64,000 bases of DNA from Octopus bimaculoides (lineage: Eukaryota), in contig NC_068982.1 in the NCBI RefSeq assembly GCF_001194135.2, forward strand, positions 129,690,771 through 129,754,770. Reading direction: 5' to 3'. Shown here piece after piece: positions 37,095-50,560 of this stretch (the stretch's first letter is position 1; each line of letters starts with the position of its first letter). The notes beneath the pieces were generated by a model that did no database searches, was not told the DNA's origin, and saw only the letters and a list, made by a program, of their open reading frames with translations. The position numbers and the translations under genes are program-made.

Positions 37095-38319
37095 TATTTA
37101 ATATTCACATATACAAATGAAACTTTTCTAATACAAACCAAGCATGCAACTAGATGTTTGTTAAGCCAGAACTGTAAATAGAAGCCATCAGGATAATCAA
37201 GCATCAAGTTGCCAAATGTTAATTAGGCAGAAAGAACATAAAACTCAGAAGGTCCAAAATGTAATAATTGTTATTCTATATTGATGTTTTAGGTTTACAG
37301 GTGCCAAAAATATTGGCCTGTGCTGAAGTCTAGCAGTTGGATTAAGCTGTTTGGAAAATTCATCAAAACGCTAGTAAGTTATTAAATAAATTTACTTAAA
37401 GTGAATATTTTCTGGCAAATGGTACAATTCAAAATTATAGGTACTCCACTACTTTAAAAATATCTAAAAAGAAAAATAAAGGCTTGACTTATAACTTTAT
37501 GTGCATCACAAAGCATCTTAATTTAATAAAAATGATATTCAAGTGGTCAGTTCAATTAATTTTTTTTTTTTAATTATTACACTTGACACCTTCCTAAGAT
37601 TTTTCTTAACAAAATATATTACTTATGAAAGTACAAACAGGTTTTCTAACCAGAAAATGAAATTTGTTTTCCTATTGATAGAATATTGCTCAATTATTGA
37701 CTCATTGGTCATTCACTTACACTGAATAAAAATGTATATTTAGCAGGTTCAATAAAAAATATATTTAAGAGATTTTCAGCTCACAACTGTTTAAATAAAA
37801 ATAAAATCAATTGTGACTATAGGTTAAAAAGAAAATAAGTTGTAGCAAATAATATGAATTAATTTCAGAACTACTAACCTAAATGATTTGTGAAAAAAGA
37901 ATAGATGTTAGAACTCTTGATACTTAGTGATTTACTATAAATTTGAACTAATAAAAACTGTAGTAGCATGGTGTTTATAAAACTATAAATACAGTTTCAA
38001 GGTAATAAATCTTCTCAATATCTTCAGAAAACTAAAGATATTGATCATTGGCTTCTTGACTACCTTCAGAAGGAGACCATCTGTCTGATCAACAAACAGT
38101 TTGTTGTCAGATTTTATAACTGCCTCATACTATAACAGTGGATACAAAGCTTACCAAATTATTTCCTTATCCCAACTAAAATCTAGCTGATGTTAAATTT
38201 TAGTTAGAATAGTTAGAACCTAACTTCTTGTTACCATTCTCACTGAGTTTCTTTTAGGCTCCACCTAGTTAAATTCCCTATATTTTACTCCTAAGATCAT
38301 CTCACACTATACCATTATA

Positions 38320-38321
<2 letters not shown>

Positions 38322-38365
<44 letters not shown>

Positions 38366-38394
38366 GCGTGTGCACACACACACACACACACACA
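38322..38394. repeat. (GT)n-(AC)n abutting inverted microsatellite
   Basis: A GT run switches to a CA run at tgtgcaca (~38370). Confidence 0.95.
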
Positions 38395-40494
38395 AAGCCA
38401 AACACTAAACTACTATAACCCAGACACATGAAGCATCAAGGTTTCAACAAGTTTTGAGTAACATATTTCCTCTGTGAACATAAAAAACAATTACTAAATT
38501 AATTCATAACATTCAGTTAAACACAGAAAGCACGTTGCCAAAATTCTTACAAATATGGTTTAACATTTGTACTGTAAATGAGGAAAAAAAAAGTTGAATA
38601 TTAAGTTTGAAGCTTAATTTTTGCTGACCTACTTTCATTCCACCCATGTAGCTTTGAATGAGTACAGAGGGAAAAACTATTCATTGATCTGTTATAAATG
38701 ATCTATGAGTGAAACAGAATGCTGAATAACTTACTCAATAATCAATAAATTTTGGCATGAAGTTGGCATTACCTATAGCATTACTTCTTTGGTAGCAACA
38801 GTTTTGTAGCACAAAGAACTTCATGAATAAAAGACTTAAATGCAAACTTATTTCCTTGAAGTAAATAAGTTTTTTAAGACCAGTATATATACACATACAC
38901 ACACATAAGTATGCGTAAGTATGTGTGTGTATACATATGCTATTTTCTTTTATATGTAGTTCTAAATATTAACTAAATAATGCTGAATCTAATTTTGTTT
39001 TCTTTTATTCTAGTATATATGTGTATTAGTCATGTGTATTTTTTCAATCTATTCCGCTTTCTTTGGTTTGTGCTGATACCATATGTTGTTTGAAGTAAAT
39101 ATGTTACAAATTTTAGCATTAGTGCTTACGACTTCATTGCTGCCAATTGTAAATCTAAACTGACAGTAGCAACAAGAGCAACAACCTTGTTATGCAAGCC
39201 TCAAGGAAGAATTAGAGTTTCAACTTACATTATAAATTCCATTTGAAAGAAAAAAAAATGAAGGGATCCCAGTTAGAAATGAATTTCAGCTGACAGACCA
39301 GAATATATTAATGAAATATAGCAACTATACTATCTATATTAATAAAAAAAAAAACATTTAGTGTTAGATACATACAAACAGGGACCCTCATATTAATACA
39401 TGGATAAAGAAAATTATTCTCCCACTTAATCACTGGAAAAAGAATGTGTTATACACCTATCCACATTCTTAAAGAAAAATGGAAAAGGTAACAGCAATAA
39501 AAAGGCACAGACCAAATCCAAAAAAATCTCTACTCCTTAGAAGAATGGCTTTTAAATAAAGAAGAAAATATGCATGTGCATATATATATATGAAGACATG
39601 GGCTTTGCATATTACATTGTAAGCTACTCATCTAAGAGGTCAATGAATGAATAAGTAGTACTAATAATAGGGTAGAGAATTCAACTGCAGGAAACTTCTG
39701 GTGCCTAAAATGTACCCAGTCTATTTTATAGGATATACACTGAAATGGCTAGTTTCTCTATAGTCTAGGTAGCAAATTACTATGATGAGTGGTGAGACAA
39801 AAGACCACTGCAGGTTGCAAAATGAAGAACCACAGTAGGTGCTACAGTCAACAACTTGACCCCAATCTCATATACAGGTTCAACAGCCAAATCATTAGAA
39901 AAAAAAAAATCTTTAAAGATTTTATCGAAACACACACATTTAGAAATCAGTACAAGAAAGCCAATACTTTTCTTTCAGGCCATATTTAATCTAAGGTCTA
40001 CCAACATAAAATTCTATCTTTCGCAAAATCCTAAAGAAACAAAAGGCCATATCTGCTTTACACTTCTGATTCATAGAAAATTCTATTATCTAATCTATTC
40101 TGTAACAATCACTCAAGCTCATCCTCATAGACACAGGGTCTTTAGATCCTTAAAATACTTTAAAATTTTTATATTTCTAAATAGGTAGTTTACTAAATCT
40201 TCACACTTTTTTCTAGTATATTAAATATTTTCAATAAACTTACATTTTATTCCATTTTTATTGCATTTCTCCTCTGAAGAGGATAGTAAATAATTTTAAC
40301 AAAGTTACATAAAGTAACAATGCATTATTACATACAGTCATTGCTGAATTTTAATCATAACTTATCTATTGTGTAATATCATACAGCAGTAACCTATAAC
40401 TCCAAAATTTTAATGATAATAAAGCTTCACCTTTTACTTCATTAATTTAACTGTTTAAACTTAAATACAATTCTTAACCCTCCTCAGCTCATTC

Positions 40495-40833
40495 AAAAGT
40501 ACCTTGGATCGTAGGGCAACCTGCTGTGCTTGAGGAGACCTACTGAGTCAAGTACATCAACATCAAAATGAAAATCATATGGAAATTTAGCTGTGATACC
40601 CATGCTGGTGGCATGTAAAAAGTACCAACCGATCGTGGCCATTGCCAGCCTCCTCTGGCCCGTAAAAATCACCCACTACACTCACAGAGTGATTGGCATT
40701 AAGAAGGGCATCCAGCTGTAGAAACACTGCCAGATCAAACTGGAACCTGTTGCCATCTGGTTCGCAAGACCCCAGTCGAACCATCCAACCCATGCTAGCA
40801 TGGAAAATAGACGTTAAACGATGATGATGATGA
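40495..40833 (+). mobile_element. RTE-LINE 3' end (different subfamily)
   Basis: gctgtgcttgaggagacc (AVLEET, the ORF end), one or two units, the core, and a (GAT)n tail. Confidence 0.8.
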
Positions 40834-43800
40834 TTCACTAACTTTTAGTTACTGTACTTAATTTTCATCCACAATTGATTTTCAACTACCTTGAATTTTT
40901 GATTTAGTTTCATACCTAAAATTATCCCATTTTATTCCATGGTTTCCTCCATATTTTTTTTTTTTTTTTTTGTGTAACCTAGTATAAAGTTAATGATACA
41001 CCATTTTACCAACTATAACCATTTTTCTTTATTTTAATCCTTTTTCTTTCTTTCTTTTTTGCTGTTATAATCTTTCATTATGTAGTTTTCATCAGAAAGT
41101 ATTCATTACCAGACAATTTTCTTTTAACAGGTATTTTTTTTTTTTTTGTAATGTCTATTTGGCTTTATAATTCTATCTAAATATTCCTTAATTTATTCTC
41201 AAGTATTTTATACACAAACATACACTTTATTAATTTGATACAACCAAGTAACAGTGTTATTTTAAGAGACACATTGCCATCACGATACACTTAACTATAA
41301 TTGCTTCTTTATATAAAAATTAAGAGACAATTTCAATAATTTTTTCTTTTTTTTTGCATCTAGTGTACTACAGTTGTTTATATATTGTATTCACTTCATT
41401 TGCATGTTCAGCTTTCAAATGATTAGATGAATATTATTGTAGCATTACAACTGGATGCCCTTCCTGTTGCTAACTATTATTTTCAAGTAAGAGATCTATT
41501 TCACAGGTCTTCAAAAGGTACAGGATTTGTTGACAGGAAAAATGACAGCACTGCTTGTAACTTGCAAATTTACTCTAAATTACAAATGTAAAGAAACAGA
41601 CAAACACATGCATACACACTTGCATACATATTTACAGATTTACAGCAGGCTTTGTTCAGTCTCTGATTACCAAATCTACTTGCAAGGCTTTGGTTGATCT
41701 GGGGCTATAGTAGGTGTCAAATAGTAGGACTGAACCTGAAACCACATGGTTGAGAAGTGAACGTAATCACATAGACATGCATATATAATAATCAATGAAA
41801 GTAACATTAAAAACCATGAACACTGGCACTAAGTAACATTGAAAATCTGGGTTTGGCATGAATCTCAGGAAGAGTATGTATAGGAAACTCTCATCATCAA
41901 GATTGAAAAATCCTCACAAGAAACATATTCTGGCAGCAGAAATCAAATGTGAGCATTGCAAAGCCTTATCATAGACTACATATGTCTGTTTTTCCATGCC
42001 AGAATTGGTTTTATGAGCCATCTTAAGACATAAACTCAACCACATGAGCAAAGTCATTGTTTTCATCAATCATCACCAGAGAAACACAAATATATATTCC
42101 AAAAATTATGTTTTCTAAACACTATTACTTCAAGATTAGCAGATTTATCAATTTATAGATCTAAAATCCTATTTGCCTGAACACCTAGTGCCATGTCCCT
42201 TTTAAATCTATCCATATAGTTTGTAACCACTTTTTCTTTTGTTTATTTTTATTTCTAAAATTTTCATATTTACCCCTAAACAAAAGTCATAAGCAGTTTT
42301 TCAAAACCAATATCCTTGAATATCCATCTTAGTTTCACAACATCTATCAATAAATAGATTTCCTATAGATTCAATGTTTATCTACATATATATTTTTGCT
42401 ATTATTACATTGCTTGTAATTTCTTTGAATATTACTCACATATTAATAAATCAAAACGTTTTTTGTTTTTTTTTTAATTGAATACCACTGCATTGCATAT
42501 TTCAAATAACTTTTAGTGATGGGGTTTTGCACACATACATTTTATTGATTTGAAATCATGGTGTATAAGATTACACTGAATCTCTATAGATATGTTTTGT
42601 TAAAGAACACCATTGGCTGTCAGCCCTAATGTTATGAAACTAAAATATTTCAACCAAAACTGTAACATTTTATCTATTTAATAACGGTATAGTTTAAAGA
42701 TATAAAATTGATCTCACATCCCTTGGTTCTTTTAACTGAAATTCATTTAAAAACAATTCTTGCACATGCATGCACAAGTCTGGGCAACATTTTTCAAAGG
42801 AGACTAACAGTTGCTCATGCATGCAACTCTCTCCTCTCCATGGTATCAAGGGAAAGATGCCAACTTAGACCGACACAGCTTGGTGTCAGTATTGATGTTG
42901 TCAGAATGCAAAGAACTAGAACAAATGCTGCAAGGCATTTTTGCCTGACCCCCTAAACAGTTCTACAACTCCACCAGTCTGGATTGGAACCTTTTTTTTT
43001 TCATCAATCCCAAAATTATGAAAAGTAAAGTTGGCCTAAATGGGATTTGAAGCAAGAACACAGAGAGCTGGAACAGCAAAGCATTCCTATCCAATGCTCT
43101 TATGACTACACACACATACACTACATACTGTACAACATTACCTTTATCACATTATCAGATGAAAATCACAATAGTTTCCTCACCTCCCAACAGTATCACA
43201 CTCTCCAATGATGCCAATTAGCATTGATGTTACCAGGGTATTTCCAGATCCCATTGACTAACACTGTTTTCCTCTCCATCAACCACTACACCAAACCTAG
43301 TGAGGCTGTAACATAACTACTCAAACCACACAGCAACTATTTTGTTTTACTGTTTGCTGAGTCCTTTCTCATTATATCCTTGATGAAACATTTAGAGCAT
43401 GCTATGCTCCCCAATCCAGTCCAAAAATCAATGCAGTGTTATCTTTTCTAAGACCAATGCAAATTAGGTATGACATAGCAGATCTGGTTACAAACTTGCA
43501 AAATTCCATATCTAATATACATCATTATTTTACATCTATTCTCCATGCTGGAAATATCATATTATAAGTCACTTCTTCATACACCACTCTAAAGTACTGT
43601 TTTCTTTAAATCTATTGATACATTCAAACAATTCTGTTGTCAAACATGCCAAAATCATGGAGTGTCCATCAACAGCTAATGAAAGAGAAATGATTTGTGA
43701 CCTGTTTTGTGCTGTTGCATGTCCTATTCATGTCACCTATTTTGGACGCAAAAGTTTCTATCATATGTGTGTACATACATTCATAGTTTCATGGTTTAGT

Positions 43801-45049
43801 CAGAGAAGGAAGAGTAGTAACCATTACTTTCAGGATCCATATCACTCGTGACAAAGTTATTGTGGCCAAAGATTTAGCCTGAATGCATGCTTTAGAATAG
43901 ACACAACTAGAAACACCTAAGGGTAGTGTTAAACCAGGTAACCAACTAAATCTACCACTATAGAACAGGAACAGCTCACCTGAGGAGCTTTTGGACAGTT
44001 TCCATCAGCTAAATTGCATACATGAAGGTTTGGCTGATCTGAGCCTATTACAGAAGGTACAGACAAGGATGTGCATTGAGATTGAACCTGAAGCTATATA
44101 GTTTTACAGCAAACAGTCACACAACCATGCCTACACTCCATGATTGTTCATGGAAATATATATACTCAAAGAGTTTTAATGCTGTCTCTGTACTATGTAG
44201 GCTACAAGGTAAATATTTTCTTTATATATTAACTGGTCAAAATTCATATCAAAAATATATTTTTTAAATTTTATCCTGAATATAGAAGAATGGTTTTGCT
44301 AACATGTAGTTATAGATGAAACAGTTGATTCTTTGACGAAAGAAAAGCTCAGAACATTTCTATCAAGCATGAATATTCTGAGAGCTAATATAGCAGAACA
44401 AAGAAAGCTTGTAAGTGAATATTTCATTTAATAAACCCTGAAGGCAGAGTATAAATGTTCAACAGAAGCTGAAGACAATCATGAAAAGGAGGATAGTATT
44501 AAAGATATGAAATACATAAGAGATTATGCTGCAAAATGTATTTCAAGACGTCAAATGACAAAAAAAGCGGGGGGGGGGGGGGCATTGTTTTTTAAGAGCC
44601 ACAGACATTATTTGATCAGACATTGGGGAAATGGTTACAGCAGTGTCAACAATCACCAGTTTTTATATATGAATTCTAAAATTTAAAAATTATTTAGAAT
44701 CATAAGTTTTACATTTAAAACAAGTTCGTCCATCTGAAGAAATAGTAATGAGATTTATGAAGAGACACACATGAGGTACAAAAGGAGCTATTTGCAAGAG
44801 ACACTGGTTACACTTAAACTTAGATTAAATGATAAACGATTAACAACAAATCATCTTCATAATAGAAATTGTAATTAATTCATAAAATATTATTTGTATC
44901 ATAGATATGTGCTATATTTTTTTTAAATACATAAAATGTCAATAATGCATAATTGTGTAGTTGTTCATGACCAAGATATATTTAGCTAACATGAAATGTC
45001 TGAAGATCTTCTGTTGGCAGCACAGTCACAACTAAGCTTTTTGAAATTA

Positions 45050-45260
45050 TCTATCCATCAGCTGTTGACAGTTGTTTGTTCTTTTATAAGGTTTCAACCT
45101 TCCCCAGGCAATACTGTTATGATCTTCTGTGCTTGCCAGCTACAAGAGAAGTGCTATGAACAACAAACTGTTGTGCAGGACTTTCATTTACCTCTCCAAA
45201 GTATTTGATTCCATAAATTATTAGGCTTTGTGAAAGCTACTAGCCAACTTTGACGCAATC
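45050..45260 (+). mobile_element. RTE reverse-transcriptase fragment
   Basis: MIFCACQLQEKCYEQQ followed, with a frameshift, by FIYLSKVFDS. This matches the RTE RT motif MIFxxRQLQEKCxEQ..FIDLxKAFDS. Confidence 0.7.
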
Positions 45261-45385
45261 ACAACTTCCGCACAACATGAACACCAAAGTGCAGTGCTAG
45301 TTTTCTACAATGAATTAATTTGAAGCAAGAACTAAAGCTTGCTCTTTCCCTCCGTTAGATTCATTGTTTCTAATTTTAGTAATGT

Positions 45386-45416
<31 letters not shown>

Positions 45417-45759
45417 ACTGGTTCTAGTGTGATCTTGTTTGAAGAAAACATGCTGGTTAATTCACTGCCTAGATCCCAATATGTCCCAGCTTGCTCCCAT
45501 TCTTCCTGTAACCCCTTGCACTCACCCCCTAGCCATCACCAGATCAACCGAAACACTAGTGTTGGGCCATCAGCAACTATACCAGCAACCCCCACAGAGT
45601 TTGTTTTTTGAGGAGGGTGTTTTTCTTGCTATTTGGTCACCCTGCAGGATTAAATGCATGTCAAAGGGCAGATGAACTCTGAAGAGTCAATGAATAGTTC
45701 AAATAAGCAACTCTTATTAACTGCACTGCTTATTAAGCCCTTATAGTGGTGCTAATAAT

Positions 45760-48275
45760 TACACTGCCTTGCAGCAATACCCACTTACAGGAAAGACCTC
45801 AGGAGTAAACCCTAAGGATAAATCCAGAGCTGGAGTCCCTAAGACAGTTCCATGCAGTAGACAACATTCTGGCAACTCCTGCAGCCCTACTGGAGCCAAG
45901 TCATACTGGCCCCCACCCAGGGGCTACTTTCGATGAAGGGAGAAGCCATTGTGCTCCACTGGACAGCTACTGCCCACCTCAAGCTTGACATCCCCCAGCC
46001 AGTTAAGTGCTGTCCTGTCACAGCCCATCTGCTCCACTAGGCGTGTGTGGCTTAAGGAAACTAATATCCTGAATCATGGGCTGTAAACACTGCACCAAGA
46101 AAAACAAACAACAAAAGAAACCAGTATTCAGACTTGGATGTTGGAACATAAGGACCATGACAACTAGTCTGTTAGAAGATCTTCAAAAGATCAGCAACAC
46201 ACATAAGACGACAGTGATCAACAACTGCTACATCTCTGAATGGACATTGCAACACTTCAGGAAATGAGGCTCATAGATTTTTGGACCCTTCTCTGCTGAA
46301 GTTGGTAGAACTCAGCAGTGATGGTTTACAGTGGATACTCTCACTCCAGTTGCACACTTTTTATGGGCCTGTCAACCTCATCAGCACTGGTTTGATATGG
46401 GGGTTGACAACCTGAATGAAAATGAGCAATGAGAGTGCTTGAGCTTTGTATGCTCCATAGACTATGTGTCACCGACACCAACTTCTAGGCCAAAGCTCAA
46501 TACAGGGGCTCCAGGTGTCACCCTCACTCAGAACACTGACACCAGCTAGATTTGATCATCACAGAGACAACCACCTGAGGAATGTGCTCCTGACTCTGTC
46601 CTTTCAGAGTGCTAACTGTGACACAGACCACTCTCTGGTTTGCTGCAATCTCAAACTCCAACCAAAATCGATGCACTGCACTAAGCCTCCAGGCAAGCAG
46701 CATATCAATGCTACTGCAACCCAGCAGCCAACTAAGACAAATGCATTTCTCAAGTCAATAGAAGATGCCCTCCTTGCAGACCCATTGGGAGGCAACATTC
46801 AGCAGAGATGGGACTCTCTCAAGGACATCATCCATAGCACTGCACTGAGGGTCTTTGGGAGGAGGAGGAGGAAAATGACACAAGATTAGTTTGAGGTGAG
46901 TGTGAAAGAGCTCAATAGACCCACGGAGGAGAAGCATGCTGCCCTGCTGAAGCACAAACACCAACCCACCAGGGCAACGTTGCAAGTAATGAGATTAGCA
47001 AGGAACAACAGGCAGAAGACAGTGAGATGCTGTGTAAATGACCACTGGTAACAACTATGTTAAGACATCCAACTGTCATTTGACATGGGCAACATTCACA
47101 GAATGAGGGTATCAAGAAAGCCATTGGTTCAGCCCAGAACAAAATAGCTCCACTCAAATCCATGCTGAAACATGCATCTGGTGTCTACCTTCACACCAGA
47201 TCAGATGGTAAACTGTTTAGTCTGTTGAGGCTGAAAGCAAAATCCAGGGTTTATAAGGTACTCATAAGAGAAATGCTGTTTGCAGACAACACAGCACTGA
47301 TAGCATACTCTAAAGAGCAAATGCAGCACCTCAAGGACAAACTCTCAAAGGTCTGTCAGGAATTCAGCCTGACTATGAGTCTGAAGAAGACCAACATACT
47401 GTGCCAAGGTATTAAGCACCCCACCCATCATCACCATCAACAACTACAAGCTGGAGGCAGTCTATGAATTCACTTACTTTGGCTTTACCATCTCTGATGA
47501 TCTCTCCCTGGACCCTGAGATCAGCAGGTGAATTGGATGAGCACCCTCCACATTTGCCAGGCTCACAAAGAGAGTCTATGGAAACAGAAAACTGGCCGCA
47601 AACACCAAGGTTAAAATCTATAAAGCATGGATCCTCAGTAAATTACTTTACTGAGACATGGAGCCTCTACTCCAGACAGGAGTGATGTCTCAACATCTTC
47701 CACCTTCGTAATTTGAGATGCATCTTGGATATCAAGTGGACTGGCTGCATCGCCAACACTGAAGTCCTCAACTGCACCAAGATACCCAGTATATTCACCC
47801 TGCTCCAATAGTGCTGTCTGTGCTGGCTCGGCCATGTACATTGCATGTTGGATGGGAGGATCCCAAAAGACCTCCTGTATGGGAAATTGGCCACTGGTGC
47901 ATGAGGATAAGGATGACCTCATCTTCATTTCAAGTATGTCTTCAAATGAGATATGAAGTCAATAGATCTGGACGTCCTGAGATAGGAGAAGGTTGAAAAT
48001 AATCACCCATGATGGAGACAAATACTGCAAAAGGGGATAAAGTGAAGGGAAGAGAAACAGGAACTTGCCACCAAAGAAAAGCGCACTTGACAAAAGGAAA
48101 AATCAGTAGCGCTAGTAGAGAGCTCCTTCAAATGAAGTCACTGTATGCATGACTGCCACTCCTGTGTGGGCCTCTACAAACACAGTTGACACTGCACTTC
48201 CATCAGCAACTGAGACAATTTATTCAGGTATAGATTCATGGTCTCTCTCGAGACCGATGGCTGCTTACTACTAGC
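45760..48275 (+). mobile_element. BovB/RTE-1-like LINE with both ends and several internal deletions; inactive
   Basis: 5' UTR ggagtaaacc..ggagtccctaagacagtt..ggcaactcctgc. APE start RLGCWNIRTM and CDTDHSLV. RT REMLFADNTAL and TRSDGKLF. C-terminal LCWLGHVHCMLDGRIPKDLLYGKL. Terminal C..DCHS.VGLY.H knuckle and a catggtctc..gagaccgatggctgc.tactact 3' end. Confidence 0.9.
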
Positions 48276-48479
48276 TATGTTTAAAGTTATTACAAGTAAA
48301 CTCCCACCTGGCATTCAGATTTCATACTGCATAGATGACAATTTAAAAAACCCTAGTAGACACTGTGTCAGAGAAAAAAACCATGACCACATCAGTAATT
48401 GAACTTCAATAGACAGATGATACAACAGATAATGCAGCTTCAGCAAAACAACAGACAGTTAACATTGTTGTAAAAGCAT

Positions 48480-49030
48480 ATAAAAACATGGCTACAGGTT
48501 TCAACATAAAACAAAGGTCTTGCATCAATGAGCAACCAACAAACAGGAAATAATCCAGCTATTTAGATACATAGACAGATGATGGAAAATGTGCCTCCAG
48601 TATCTGAATAGTTGTCTATCACAAAATGCAGATATTGATGAGGAAGTTCAACACCAGATAAAATGTATTGATGCAATGTTTAGTTGCCTGAGAAGATGGT
48701 TAAATGAAAATCACGATATGAGAAACAAGCAAACCAATACTATATGTAGTGGTGTTGTACCCAATCAGTTCTATGGTGTTGAAACTTCCAGAAGTTACAG
48801 GCAAAAATCTCAACCAGGAAATATCACACCATATATGTCTGGAAAATCATGTATATTAAGTGGCAGAACAAATAGAATAATATCCGTGTGTTCAAGCAAG
48901 CCAATATCTCCTGCACTGAAACCATGCTTATGTGACATCAGCTTTGATTGATTGCCATATCATGCAAATGACACACCATGTTGTCCAAACAGTTGTTTTA
49001 CTCTCAGCTGAATAAAGAAAGCACCACACA
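48480..49030 (+). mobile_element. Degraded RTE RT C-terminal fragment
   Basis: LQYLNSCLSQNADIDEEVQHQIKC...FSCLRRWLNENHDMR resembles the RTE motif F.YLGS.LS....ID.E+..R+..A..AF..L. Confidence 0.7.
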
Positions 49031-49959
49031 GCAAAGAGAGCATTTTAAAGATGTACCATCATTTAATGTTCACTTTCCCATACTTGCATGCATCAGACAA
49101 TATGTGAAGAGATGGCTCATTTATTATGGAACCTAATACTTCAAGCCAACATCTCAATGATAAATTTGAGTGTAGAAATCTGTGTGAAGCAACCAACACA
49201 GTACTTATCTGCATCCAGAAGTTCTCATCTTCATCCAGACTTATGGATCTTACATTGGCCTACATAATTGCATGTGGATCCAAAGAAATTAAATCTGGTT
49301 AGCAATTATCTCCCAACAACATATATTTATATAAAAACAAACCATATAAACAATTAATGAACCCTACAAACTGCATCACAAGCTACCTGAGTGAGGGCAA
49401 TAACTCCAAAAAGTCTCCTTGCCTGGGGCAACCTTTTGAGTGCTAGTAAGCAGCACAATGAATTGACCCAGACTACACTTTATAACACATACATCAATAT
49501 TGTTTTCTCTGTTGCTATGTGCACAAAAATATTAGATAGCAACAAACGTTAACCCAGTTCATGCCAGTATGGTAAAATAGACATAAAATTATGATTGTGT
49601 CTATAAGTGTGTGATGTGCATGTCAAACAAACATAGATTTTACCTCTTCATTACTCTAAATAATACCGTAGTATGACATTTGTAGTAACAATGTAAAAAC
49701 TCAGTCGTTAATTGTTATTAAAGGTTATGCACCGAGTATTCATTGCTTGCTCTCTCTCGTATNNNNNNNNNNNNNNNNNNNNNNNNNNNNNNNNNNNNNN
49801 NNNNNNNNNNNNNNNNNNNNNNNNNNNNNNNNNNNNNNNNNNNNNNNATATATATATATATATATATAGGCTTTTCCATTTCAGCATGAACTGATTGGAC
49901 AGGTCTGTTTCAATACAAAATTTTGCCACTTGTAGTCCATCTTTGTGAGGTTCAGCATC

Positions 49960-50560
49960 TTGAGATCAAACCTCACTGCTCATTACTACATCTTAGAACT
50001 TCCTCATTCTAGCACATACTAACACAATTTTTCTTCTCTCAAAGCACTTGCACACTTTTGTTCATGCTCCTTATTTCACTCCAGCCTTTGTATACATATA
50101 ATGCTTCATGCACAATCATAATACAATCAACCCTTCACTTTGAGAGAAGCCTTTTATTTCCTGAGGTTTTCACAGTCCTAACTTTGCTACTATGCTTTCA
50201 CAACATCCAATTCCATTGTTAATCAGACCAATTAGGTAAGAGACCTATCAACTATTTCTACAAGCTTTCTAGGTACTTCAGAAAAGCTTCTTTTTCAAAT
50301 ACTCTAACAGCTCACCACACCTGTACATCTATTACATACAATCAACTTATCTATCAGCCACTCTGAGATGCTCCTATGCCTTTTGTGCACTCATTGTTTA
50401 CACTGTGCTTAGAGTTCCTATCTATTTCCTTTCTTCATAGTGAGTGTGGTTACTACTTAATTGATAGTAATGCTCTGTTCTTTCCTACACAGTTTTTTTA
50501 ACCATCACCAGACTACAGAGCGTAGTACCTTGGCAAAAGCTTACTGTCAAAACAGCTGTT
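49960..50560 (-). mobile_element. Degraded RTE-like RT fragment (tentative)
   Basis: Minus strand around 50090-50150 gives SLKVKG.LYYDC..SIM, similar to RTE C-terminal LSLKVKGRLY..CVRS.MLY. Confidence 0.45.

Noticed and set aside
46365-46412. TGTCAACC/GGTTGACA inverted repeat with CTGATGA on the minus strand
   Set aside because: It is formed by APE coding sequence brought together at a deletion junction, and has no GAAA core.
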